Assembly: GCF_000143415.4 (NCBI RefSeq)
Contig: NW_003314316.1
Location: 577,220 to 641,219 of the forward strand
Reading direction: 5' to 3'
DNA length: 64,000 bases
Origin: Selaginella moellendorffii
Lineage: Eukaryota > Plantae > Lycopodiophyta
The notes below the pieces were generated by a model. The model did no database searches and was not told where the DNA came from. It saw only the letters and a list, made by a program, of their open reading frames with translations. The stretch's first letter is position 1. Each line of letters starts with the position of its first letter. Positions 24,021 through 36,900 of this stretch are shown in pieces. The translations under genes and the position numbers were made by a program.

Positions 24021-27000
24021 GGGGAAACATTATACTATTCCCAAGATCCCAAAGGTGTTCCATTATTGGCCCTTTTCTATCCACCACCTCTCCTACAAAT
24101 TCACACATGAACTATAGTGGAGAGTCATGTCTTCCCAACCTGCTACTCTGCAAGGATAGGCCCACTCCTAGGACCTTTTGATGCCAACACCAGTGGTGAT
24201 ATACTTGAGCACCAATAAAAGTCAGATTAAGGAACAACTCCGATACCAAGTTATATGTGACTAAATTTTCCATTCTACTTTAGTCACTTAACCACACCTC
24301 CGACCACTTGGAGGAGTCTCACTCACAACCTCCATAAGTCCTATTTTGGACTTAGGGACTTACTAGCCCCAAGAATGACATCCATGCCACTCAACCATTG
24401 CACTTGGACCAAGTGCTTCACGTGTCCAATCCCATGATTGACACCCCAAGGTACCACCAACATATCAGCCTATTACACTAAGGCCATGCCCATTCACCTT
24501 AGTCACATTGGTGGTCTAACACCACCTACATCACAGTCCTGTCTCTCAAAGATCGGGCCATCTGTCCATGAGTGATCATCCCAAATCCACTCCTTAACAT
24601 CCTTAGGATGCCCATAGACATGGGGAATAGCCTTCCCCAATATCCCTTTTCTGGTCCCCACTAAGTCCCTTTCTGCCCATGGCCGTGTTTGCCAACACTG
24701 CCACTGGATCGAGGCCCATAAGCCCAACTACTAAGTCCCACAGTCCTCTGGGACTTCCTCACCACACGATTGTATCCTTTGTCTCTACTCCAGAGGACTA
24801 CTCCTCTTCCTTTCCACAGTTTGGGCCTTTGGGACAACATTTTGGAACACCATGGCCCTACGCGAGCCTCATAGGTACTCTCCCCACCTTCCACCTTTGG
24901 GTGCTCTAGCCATGGGCTTAGAGCGAGGTTTTGTTGAGCCACACCAGGTACCCAAGTAGGTAGTGCCACCCACACTTGGACTGGGAGCATCGACCATTCG
25001 ATCTCCCGGGGGAACTAGAGCCGGCTCTTGAACACTTCACCAAACTACCTTGCTTGTCGGTCTGTATTCACTCTAGTCTTGGACTTCCCAGTGGTCAACT
25101 CATCACCCAACATTGGGCCTGGCCTTCCTGGGCCAAACTGGCCTTTCCTGGCCAAATTGGCTCCACTGGGCTCCAACCCCCACACTCTCCCTACTATATT
25201 TTTGGAACCCCCCGCAGCTCTGCCCCCCCTAGGGGATGATTGCTTTGGGCTTTCACCCAACTGCCTGTATTAGTATTCGGACTCGGATTCGGACTCAAAC
25301 TCGGACTTGGACTTGGTCTCGGTCCCGGTTTCGGACTCGGACTCGGTCTCAGTCTCGGTCTCAGTTCCATCTCAGACTCTATCTCGGACTCCATCTCGGA
25401 TCCATCTCAGACTCCATCTTGGGTCCATCTCGAACTCCATCTTAGACTCCATCTCGGGTCCACCTCGGACTCCATCTCGGGTCCACCTCGGACTCCATCT
25501 CGGGTCCACCTCGGACTCTATCTCGGGTCCATCTCGGATCCATCTCAGACTCCATCTCGAGTCCATCTCGGGTCCATCTCGAACTCTATCTCAGACTCCT
25601 TCTTGGGTCCATCTCAGACTCCCTTTTTGGAGCCTTGCTTATTGCTCACTTTGTGCTCGTTCCTTGAGCACTTTGTTGTGAGTTCCACTCTCGCTCTCGA
25701 CCTTTGAAGTTGGAGCTTTTGGTCCAAACGTGTTACGCTCGTTTGGCTTTCGCTTCGGCCATTACTATGTGGCACCCTTCCGGCTCTACTTGGGGCCCAG
25801 AGATTTTGTGTCTCACAACTCCCATAGACGAAGTTTGATGTCCTCATCGAATGATAAATTATTTTATAAAGTAATACCAACATGTATTACCCTTTTCATT
25901 CTTGGCACTTCACCAATATTCGTCAATGGTTTGATATTGAAGGCTCACCATGCCTTGCCTTTCCTTCAAGGAGCATACTCCCTCCAACTTAGAGACTGAT
26001 TGGACCACTTGTGGTGGTTCTCTCCTTTTATTGGTTTAGTTCTCATTAAACTTGTTAAAGACATCGTCTCTATCTCAATCCCACTACTCCTTCTCGAGTA
26101 GTTTTAGTTTCCATCAATATAACCTTTGCACTTTGGAACTTTTACTTTTAACTTCTTAAAGTCAATTTTTTAGGTGTCTCTAACACCTTGTATTGCACAT
26201 ATTGTGCAACTCCACTTCCCCATCCTAGGAAGTTCTCTACTTTATCCTTGAGTGCTACACCTAGCAACATCGGATCACTACCTCCGTTCTCGAGGTATTT
26301 TTTCGGTTCCATAGCAAAGACCTTGTTTTGCCAAGTCTAGAGGGTGTTCACCCCTAGTACGTCTCTTTAGCATTTTCTACTATGGGCCCTATCCTTGGCC
26401 TAACTTTGTGACCCTCCCATGGGTCCCTTATAAAGACTACTTTCTTTGGACTCACTATGCCATTGCATAGTCACAAATCATTTCCCTTAGGTGTTCTTTT
26501 CACTTGGTCACCTTGACCAAGCCACACCATCATCAATAGTTCAAATCAACACTTTGAACTAGGAACCTTATCCTTTAACTTCACAAGGACTTTGTCCTTG
26601 TTTTAGCCATAAGATCACTTTGTGATCTAACCTTGGCACCTTAATAGGTTTACCAATAGATATTAAGTCCTCCAGACCTTTAAATTGTTCATTATGACCC
26701 CGGAGGTATCCCCCACACTTGGCGGTGCACCCAAGCCAGCCCTTCCGACTAAGGGTCCATAGCAGCTGAGACTAAGTGTCCCTATCTCATTCACCACGTC
26801 CTTGGTGCCATTCGCACCAAAGTGTTCAAGTTAGATATGCCAAGCCACACTAAGCACTCTAACCATGTATTATGACTCCAGGGCATCCTCCGCTTGGCGG
26901 TGTGCCCAAGCCAATCTCCTTAATGAGAGTCCATGACCACCGACAAATGAGTGTCCTCATATTTCAAACCATCACCATGCCCTAGTTGTAAGCGACTATT

Positions 27001-29781
27001 TTTTCCATTTTACTTTAATCACTTAACCGCATCTCCGACCACTTGGAAGAGTCTCATTCACAACCTCCATAAGTCCCAGTTAGGACTTGGGGCTTGCTAG
27101 CCCCGAGAATGGTATTCATGCCACCCAACCTTTGCACTTGGTCCAAGTGCTCCACGTGTCCAATCCCATGACCGACACCCCAAGGTACCACCAACATATC
27201 AGCCCGTTATGCTAAGGCCATGCCCATTCACGTTGGTCACACTGGTGGTCTAACGCCACCTACATCATAGTCCTGTCTCTCAAAGACTGGGCCATCCGTC
27301 CATGAGTGATCATCCCAGATCTACTCCTTAGCATCCTTAGGATACCCGCAGATATGGGGAATAGCCTTCCCCAACAACTCTTTTCCAATCCCCACCAATT
27401 CCCCTTTTGTCCATGGCCGTGTTTGCCAACACTGCCACTAGATCAAGGCCCGCAGGCCTGACCTCTAAGTCCCACTATCCTTTGGGACTTCCTCACCATG
27501 TGACCGTATCCTTGGTCACTGCACTAGAGGACTGCTCCTCTTCCCTTTCACCATTTGGGACTTTGGGTTGACATTTCGGAACACCGTGGCCTTACACAAG
27601 CCTCATGGGTACTCTCCCTGCCTTTTGCCTTTAGGTGCTCTAGCCATGGGCTTAGAGCGAGGTTCCATTGAGCCACACCAGGTATCCAAGTAGGTAGTGC
27701 CACCCACGGAGCATCGGCCAGTCGATCTCCTGGGGGAACTAGAGCCGGCTCTTGAACACTTCACTAAGCTACCCCACTTGTCGGTCCGTGTTCACTCTAG
27801 TCTTGGACTTCCCAGTGGGCAGCTCATTACCCAACACTGGGTACAGCCTTCCTGGGCCAAACTGGCCTTTCCTAGCCAAATTGGCCTTTCCTGGCCAAAC
27901 TAGCTCCAGTGCAGTCCTCCCCCTCACTATACTTTTGGAGCTCACCAAACCCCCTAGGGTCTGGGAGACGAATGCTTTGGGCTTTCACCCTCTCAGACTC
28001 GAACTCGGACTCGGACTCGGATTCGGACTTGGACTCGGACTCGGCCTTGGCCTCGGTCTCGGTACCGATCTTGGTCTCGGTCCCCGTCTCAGTCTCGACT
28101 TCAGACTCCATCTCAGGTCCATCTCGGACTCCATCTCGGACTCCATCTCGGGTCCATCTTGAACTCCATCTCGGGTCCATCTCGGACTCCATCTTGGACT
28201 CCATCTCGGGTCCATCTCGGTGTAAGCCACAAATTTTTCCATTCCAATTTGCCAACATACCTCGTTTACCTGTCCAACACTGCCTTGGCATTTGCTAAGT
28301 TCCCTCGCCAAGGTTCCTGCCTATGGTACCAGCTCCTACTTGATCCTACTTGGTTTTAGCTACTCACTGCACGAGCAACGGAGCATTAGCCATCCATCCA
28401 CGGATTCCCAAATCTCTCCCAATCCCCCTCCCCAGGTTAGACTGGACTTAAGGTTCGGCTACACTCCCCGCAGGCACAAGCAGCCAAGCACACCAAGTCT
28501 CCAGGTTCCTAACACCTCTTGGTACCACAAAACTTGATCATGGGACCCTCTAAATCCCAAGTCTTGGGTGCAACACTTGCTTCAGGACGCCGGGGCGAAA
28601 CACCGTGGCCTAACGGCATGGTATGGGTACCTCTACCCCCCCACTTCCATCCCGAAGGAAGGCCCAAGCCCCTAGGAAGGGCGAGGACCAATGAGCCACG
28701 TGGTACTCAAGTGGGGCACCACTCCACTTGAGCCGGGAGCACCGCAGTCGGTTTCCCTTTCGGGAGTAGGAGCTGCTCTTGAGCACTTCCTTGGATGGCC
28801 CCTCTAGCACCAACCAAGTCCATACTCACTCCCACCCAAGGCCCCTCGGTCCCAGTTTCAACCTCAAGTCGGTTTGGAAGCCCCACTGGAGAGTCCCTTC
28901 AAAACTGGTTCCTGGACCTCACTATCCCTACTATACTTTTGGAACCCCTTACAGCCCCCCCCCCGGGAGACGCACGCTTTGGGCTTTCACCCATTGACCC
29001 GTATTAGTATTTGGACTTAGTCTCTGGCTTGATCTCGGACTCGATTTTGGATCCGACTTCGGATTTGGTCTCGGACTCGATCTCGGACTCAATCTCGGAC
29101 CCGATCTCGGACCCGATCTCGGACCCGACCTCGGACTCGACCTCGGACTCGGTCTCGGACCCGATTTCGGATCTCGGACTCCGTCTCGAACTCGGTCTCG
29201 AACTCGGTCCCGAAGTCGGCCTCGGACTCGATTCCGGACTCTATCTCGAACTCGGTCTCAGAGTCGGTCTTAGACTCGATCTTCGACTTGGTCCCATCCG
29301 ATGAACTCTTTGTCATTTTGGTCATGCCTTCGGGGTTCCTTTAGCCTACGACACCTCGGCGAGTTGGTTCCTTACAACTCCACCACCCATAGAAGAAGTT
29401 CGATGCCCACATCGAACGTCTCTCTTTTTTATCCTACGACTTGTTGACCATGTCTCCGGGGGCATCCCCCCACTTAGCGGTGTGCCTAAGTTAGCCTCCC
29501 CGGCCAAGAGCCCATGACAATGGAATATAGGTGTCCCTATACTCCTCACCTCACCATGCCCTAGTATGGGGTTAGGACTTGAACCCAGCCTTGCTTTATT
29601 AAGGGGTTGGGACTCAAACCTAACCTTCGTAGAATACGTCTACGGATTCGACATCCCCGCAAGGAGTCGGGCGTAGCTCCCTATGCCTGGTCGACCTAGT
29701 TAACCCATGCTAATTAGCTTACCTTCGGTGCTCCTTCGGGTCCCAACATATGCCATTGCTCAACTTCTCAAATTGATACTT

Positions 29782-30921
29782 TTAATTGAACTTTGCATAA
29801 GTACATAGAGTTCTGCCTTGCAGAAATTCCTCCACTAGATCTCGCGCGTTTGCTAGGTTCTCCTCTGGTTCCCATATTGCTTCGTAGTGTGGAAATCCTT
29901 TCCACTTCACATGGAACTCTCTCACCTCGCGTCCTTGTCGCTTGCTCTTGCGCGCATTGAGGATGGCCTCGACTTCGTATTCCTCTTCCCCTTGGATATC
30001 CTCAGGTAAAGGTTTTACTTGGTCCTTGCGAAGCGGATCCTCAAAATACGGCTTGAGTAAGTTCACGTGGAACATGGGATGCATCTTCCCCATCTCTCGA
30101 GGAAGTCGGAGTCGGTAAGCCACTTTACCGATTCAAGCCTCAATCTCGTAAGGCCCCGCGAACCTACTTAAGGAACTCAAGATCAATTCATTTACAGGAA
30201 TACATGCATTTTTACCTTTGGGTCAACTTCCGGCTAATCCCACTTGGTAGCCTGAGGTTCTTGGTGTTCAGCCACACCTTCTCCCCAGCTTGGAACTCTA
30301 CATCCTGGCACTTCTGGTTCGCATACTTAGTTTGCCTTTGTTGAGCTCGTTCCAAGGAATCCCTCACTATATTCCAAATGTTGAGTCTTTCCGCCGTGAA
30401 TGCTTCCACTGCGGGTAACTCTCCATGATACTCGGCCACGCCGAGTTCCATAAGACCTTCAATAGCTCGCCCATTGATGACTTCCCATGGACTCACCCCG
30501 ATGCTCGAATGTGGTGAGTTGTTATAACACATTTCCGCAAGTCCCAAATGACTTACCCAATCGGTCTGGTCTCCCGAGACATAGCATCGCAAATAATCCT
30601 CCAGCTGCTTATTCACCCTTTCCGTTTGTCCGTCTGTCAAGAAATGTTAGTGCCCTCAATCTTGACTTAATACCCATCACCTGTCTGCAGGTGATAGACT
30701 GTGCTGAATTTCAACTTGGTGCGATACTGTTCTAGGAGTGTCCTCCAGAACCTACTAGTGAAGATCTTATCTTGATCTGAGATGATCTCTTCCAGCCTTC
30801 CCCGCACTCGAACCACTTGTTCGAAGAACAGCTTCGCCACACCTTCCGCATCCACTTCCGTTGTGGTGGGTATGAAATGTGCCATTTTCGAAAATCGGTC
30901 CACCACCATGAATATCGCATC
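29782..30921 (-). pseudogene. Element E integrase core, C-terminus and chromodomain, with two short GT-AG introns (30634-30680, 30164-30215)
   Basis: VVDRFSKMAHF, IISDQD, YHLQT|DGQTERVN, KLTQR|FAGPY, EYEVEAIL...VKWKGF...WEPEENL. Confidence 0.88.
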
Positions 30922-33900
30922 TGTCGCGCATGTGACTTCGGGTATCGAAAGTTACCTGTCGACCAGTCCTTACGGACACTCTTACCTTACTGCCACGATG
31001 GCAAGAGGTCGGTATTGCTGGTTCCTTTTATCAGCCCCTCTTGTTCAAGTGTTAGTAAACTGGACTTTGCATCTGTACTTGGCCGGATGAACACAAGGAC
31101 GGAATTCCTAAGTGTCTATTCAGCCAAGCATACTTGGCCTGGCTTTTTAGTTCTCTTTTGCTCTGTCTTGCACTGGCTTGACAAGAACCCTCGCGTATTG
31201 AGATTGGTCCCTCAATATCGCTACATGATAGCTTACCGTGTCTGCCAAACACCCTCGCTATCATGCCCTTTGTGTTAGTCTCATTTCGGTCCCAAATGCT
31301 ATTTATGGAAAGTGTCTAGATTTGCTTATTTGGTATATCTACGGAATGTAGAGATTGTCCTGAACACAATGGTGTTCGTCCTGTGTCCAAATTCGCAATC
31401 TAAGGACATTCCATATTTAGTAAGTTTCGAGCTTGTCCCAGAGACTAACTCCTGATACTAAGGGAGGCTTGGGGTGAAAGCCCAAAGCGTGTGTTCCTCA
31501 AGGGGGGGGGGGGGCTGTGGGGGGTTCCAAATGTATAGTAGGGATAGTGGGTAGGTCGGGCATGGCCGACCAACCTGAGGCATAGTCTAGCTCCCGCTTG
31601 CGTGCCTGTCCTTGTTCTGCGTCCGGCTTGGGTCTAAGCCCAAGTTCCATTCCATGCTAGTTGGTGGAGTACCCATGTCTTCGCGTTAGGCCACCGGTAT
31701 GCCGAAATAGCGTCAGACTCCGTTTGGCTCCATTTTGCGTGCTGGTCCTGGCATTGGGATACTGGTTACTCTAGGACTGTTCCAAGTCGCTCCGGGCTCC
31801 TGTCCCTTCGCTCTTTGGGCTTCATGCTCGGGAGTTGTTCCGTGGTTCGGTTCCGTCACTCCTTGGCTTCGTGCTTGGGAGTTTGGCACTGTTCCTTCGT
31901 TCAGTGGCCCAAGGCCCTGAACCTCAGGTTCCTATGGACACGTGGCATGGACACGTGGCATGTGACATGTGGCATCTGTCACGTGGCACAAAGAGGGTTT
32001 AAGTTCCGCTTCGTGGTGTTATCCTATGGTAAATCATCATAGGATAAAGGGTCAAAACCACGTGCGCTACATTTGGTATCAGAGCATGAGTCTCAGCGAG
32101 TACTATACAATGAGATTGGGCAACTAGTCTCGTTGCATACGCAGAGATGAAAACGATGATCCGAGTGGGTACACGTTTTGGTGCAAAGGCTTCGCAATTG
32201 TTCCTTGGGTATGGATTTGGTTACCTTGTTGTACCTTATGATGTGAGCTTGCTCTTGGGCTCACAAGAGGGATTGAGTTGTTCCATTCGCACGAGTTTGA
32301 GCTTGGACTCATGAGTGAGGCACATTAGCAACTTGAGATTACACTTTGAGTTGGCAAGATTAATGTTAGCCTATCGGTGGTTCCATGAGTTGTTCCATGT
32401 ACCGTGAGTGAAAGCAAACCTTCCCTGGGTTTGCTATGAGTGGCAAATAGGCTGGTCCGTAGCTGTTTAGCACGGCACTAGTGGATCCTTCCTAGGCATA
32501 GTTACAAGTGGATCAGTCAAGACTGTAGGGATTAGTCTATTGGTTCAAGTAATCATTGCCGTGCTCTCTCATAAACTTTTCTTGGATTGGACTGAAGGCA
32601 GTGTGAAAGCAAGCTTGAGGTGTAGTCAAAAGATAAGACTGAAAAGAGAGTAGTCAGGGACGGAGGATCAAACACGTAAATCATCTTCTCTTTTGGAGAG
32701 ATGGTTTGCAACGAGGGGTGACTCATTGCTCATGTTCACATCATGCAATCAAGAGTCCCTACTTTGATGCATCTTGGAGATGATGGTCTTACAAATGGTG
32801 AGTTATGGGATGGATAGCAGTGAAGCGCTATACCATTTTGTCTAGGCTTGCTATTGGAAGACTTGAGTTACAATGCTCAATTCTTTTTCCGGGAACCTTG
32901 CTATTATTCCTTGAGTAACTTGGTTGGATTAGTTTTGAGTTTGGTCGGAAAAAGAGTGGCATGTGCTTATCCATGTTGTGAACAAAAGTTAGTGGTGTCG
33001 GGTGTTGTTAATCTCTATTAGTGGAGTGTGGCATTTATGTTGCATTCTGTCAAGTTGAGTTGGCACTTGATATTCATGTAAACCTTTGAAGTAATGACAT
33101 TGGCATTGTTCGTGGTGTTGCTCAATTGATGATCAAGTCATTGTGATACTTATATCATATCCATGTGATAATGAGCAATGTGTTTACGAAGTTGCTTAGT
33201 TAAGCGATGATCAACCCCAAAGTGGTTGATGGAGAAGCTAGTCTACTTGCAAGTAGTAGCATTGTAGTAGTTTTGACAGGATTCTCGATAGTGGTCCATT
33301 ATGCTAAGCTTAAGTTGGTACGTTGTTCCTTTAAGAGTTGGCCCATAAGGTGTTGGAAAAGAGTTGTAGCATTTGCTATAACTCATTAGTTGATCCGTTA
33401 ACACTTGGAGTAGATTGTTGGATAGAGAAGGTGTGAGGTTGAGGCATTGACATTACTAGCACTTGTGTTAGTGGAAGTGGCATTGTTATTTTAAGTGATG
33501 AGGAAGTTTCCTTAGAGCTTAATTTTCCATGTCATTTTTTCTTGTTAGTGTTTTAGCTTCACATTAGATCTTGAAGGTGGTTGAAGAAGAGTGTTAGTGC
33601 AATGTGGATATCCGAAGATGTGGTCTTCGTGATCAAGCCTTGGATGTTCCATTTGCATTTTATGGATGTCGGTGTTGGATGTTGAAAATATGGGCAAATA
33701 AAGATGTTCAAGGCTTAAGCATATTATGGGTCATGAGAATTTATGTTGAGGTGAACCTATGTGAAGTTGTTGGTAGGAGGAAGTTGGTTGAATCTTGAAA
33801 GTTTGCATTCCTAGACTAAGAGTCATTCTTTCTCTAGGATGGAAAATTTTCCACAAATTTTCTTAGATTTTTCCAATGGCTGATCTATTGATCACTTTGC

Positions 33901-36900
33901 CCGAAAACCATTCCATTTTCGAAAGCCAATACAAACTAGTGAAGGGGTTGGAGTTGACTTCGGTTGGCTTAGATCTTAGTAAGTAGTTTGTATGATGCGG
34001 CCAAAAGGGATGCTAACTTTTGGGGCTAAGGCAATTAAGTTGGATAGAGTCTGGAGTTAGTGTAGAAAAGTGGCCGTTGCACTTTTCCAGAAAGGTGACC
34101 CTTGTGCCTTTCTTTTATAGTGTTCTGCTTGGTGGCAGGTTGCACCTTGCATTTCACTAAGACTCTATGAGAGTAGTGAGCTCTCACTGATTTTGACTTG
34201 GTCTTGGTGGCTCTGTGCCTTGGCTAAGGATAGTGATGTTCAACTTAGTTGTTTGAGTTTGAGATGTTGGTACCCGTACTATAGCTTTGTCTATGAGGAG
34301 GTTGTGTACCGATATAGATCCATCTCATGGTTTTCACTTTAGTTTCGGCTGAGTGTTGATCATGCATAGCTAGCCTCTTCAAGGCATGCTCAGAGCTATT
34401 GACTAGATGTGTTTGTGAGCTTATCGCGGTTGAGTTGGATTTGAGTAGCAATTTAGTTTATGCTTGTCTATGAACCTTTATTTCATACCTGGGGTATTAT
34501 GTTCATGTCGGACAAGTATATGACTTGATGACAAAAAGTTAGTGTTTGGGTCTTGTGAAGGTAAGTTGAAAAGTGATTGTTGGTTGCCTTGTGACTAATG
34601 GTTGCTTATAGACTTCGTCGAGGACCTCTGATACTTGCTTCACTCGATGATAGTTTAGCGGTGATGGGCTTGCTTTACCGGATGGTGTTGCGGAGGATCA
34701 CGTCGTTAGACTTACATGGTTTTTCCATGTTAGCATTTCGATTTTACCTCTATTGATATCATTTGGTTACGTTTAGTCCGTGGTGTTGGATTTCATTGAG
34801 TCTTGGACGTGGTGATTCACTCCTTGAGGAAGTGTTATCTGTACCTAAGTATTGTTGAGAAATTGGTCTCGGATACTGAGTAAAGTATCTCCGACTTTGG
34901 TTAGCTTGGTTGCTAGAGAGCTTTGAGTGGTGATACACTCGTGCTTTCTTCTAGCTTTGTTCTAGTGTTGGTGGCACTGAAGTGATGCTTTGTCGTTGAC
35001 ATTGTTGATGTTGAGATTTCAGTGAAATGAGATGTCTCTCCGCAAGATTGATGTCGAGTTTCATTAGTCTTAATAAAGATAGCGTTGATGATTTGGCTAT
35101 AACTTTGTGTTATTAGCATTCGTGCATTTGCTAGTTAGCAACTGTATTGACGTTCAAATGAACTGAGTAGCAAGTTGAGTTAGTTGTGTTCTAGACAAGA
35201 TTATTTAATAGGGGTTAAGCTTTGGCTTTTCCTTGAAAAGTGATTTAGTCATGGACTATGCTAACTCTACAAGCGGGAGAGTTAGTGATCGATATTGGAT
35301 ATTTGAATCCTTATGGGATTTTAGTTGAAATATATCGATCATTGATGATTCTTCTTGTGTTTATTATAAAGTGACTTACGTCTTGCTATAAATGGATTCA
35401 TGGAGGATCATTTGGTGATCACTTGTCGAGCATAACTTCGTTATGCTTAGCTTTTGGATTGATGCAAATATGCTCTTCATTAGCTTTGCATTATAAAGTT
35501 TGGCTTATGGATATGTTAAGGAGAATATTATGGGTTGCACCATGATTTCTTCTTTAGCATTGAAGTTGATTCATGTAAGACTTGTGATCATTGTTAGGAA
35601 AGACTTGGCTATAGACTTCTTCGAGCTTTTGGTTCTTTGAGTTTTATGCTCATTGTTCCATTTGTTAAAAGTTGTTGGGGAAGACATTTTGGCTTGTTAG
35701 CTTCGATGAAGTTGGTATTTGCATCTAGCAATTATTGGTGATGATTGACTATCATTTAGGATAGTTGATTCTCCTTATCAAAAGGATTTGCTTGATTATT
35801 GTTGATATCGAATAATTTGCTGTTCTTCGGGATGGTGGATTCCTTCTTTGACGATGATTATGCATCTCTTTATTGATGGGATGATTGATGATCTTTCGTG
35901 ATAGTTAGTTATTCTCTTTGATGGCTTCTGGCTTTTTGCAATACCACATGTTCTTTGTGATTTGCTTTGGATTGGTCTCTTGGGTTTGAGACATCAGTAG
36001 GATGTTGCTGACACTTGCTTCGGCAACTTGAGTTCCTTGGTATTGTTGGCTGGGATCTATTCAGATTAGCTTTTGTGATAGTTGGCAGGAATGAGTGTTT
36101 GTTGGTCTTACCACATTCATTCTCTTCTGTTGATTGTTGCTCAAGTTACTTTTGATAGATTTGGATGTTATTTCCTTTGGGTGATACATTCGCGAGCATT
36201 TTGCTTATCAGTCAATGATACTTTGTGTTCTTTGAGTTGTCTTTTGTAAGTTGTTTGGTATTCTGTCTGCAATCTTTAATAGTTAAGCTTTATCATTGAG
36301 TTTACTTGATGATATACTTGCTATTGAATTTTGTTAGACGGCGAATCCTATGTTTACCAACTATAATGATCTTGGTGGTTCCTGCACTATTATACTGGTT
36401 TATCGGATGATAACTTGCTTAGAATACTTTTGTGTTCTACTCTAAGATATAATCACTGATAATTAAGCTTCTAAGATATCATTGTTTCTGACTTTGATAT
36501 TGTCTATCTATTGATCTTTGAGTTTGGGCCAGTATAGGCAGACTGGCTTCGGCACTTCGTGTGCATGGTGAAATCTCTAGTCATGGGGTAGCTACTGTCG
36601 ACTGGTCACATAACCCGCCTCTCTGTCGATGTTCCTTATTCCGTTAATAAGGGCGTGACCGTGTAAACAACTCTAATTGCCTGTTTACAGTAGTCTATCT
36701 AAACCCTTACCGACGGGTTTGGTTTCTTTGCTCAGGAGGGTTGGGGCCTCTGGCTTCTCTCTCTATGTCTCTGCGGGCAGGGCATATCACACTTTTGTAA
36801 GCTGGGTGACTCCCAGAGCAGCAAGGGTGGCTAACTCCGTTGGTCATTTCTTTGTCGGCGACGGCCGGAAGGTGTCTGAGCTAGTAGCGCATCCGCGTTA

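Noticed and set aside
25236-25707. Ser/Asp/Pro- or Leu/Gly-rich ORFs here and at ~28 kb, 29 kb, 56.5 kb, 60.4-61.6 kb and 63.6-64 kb
   Set aside because: Stop-free translations of the LTR hexamer arrays.
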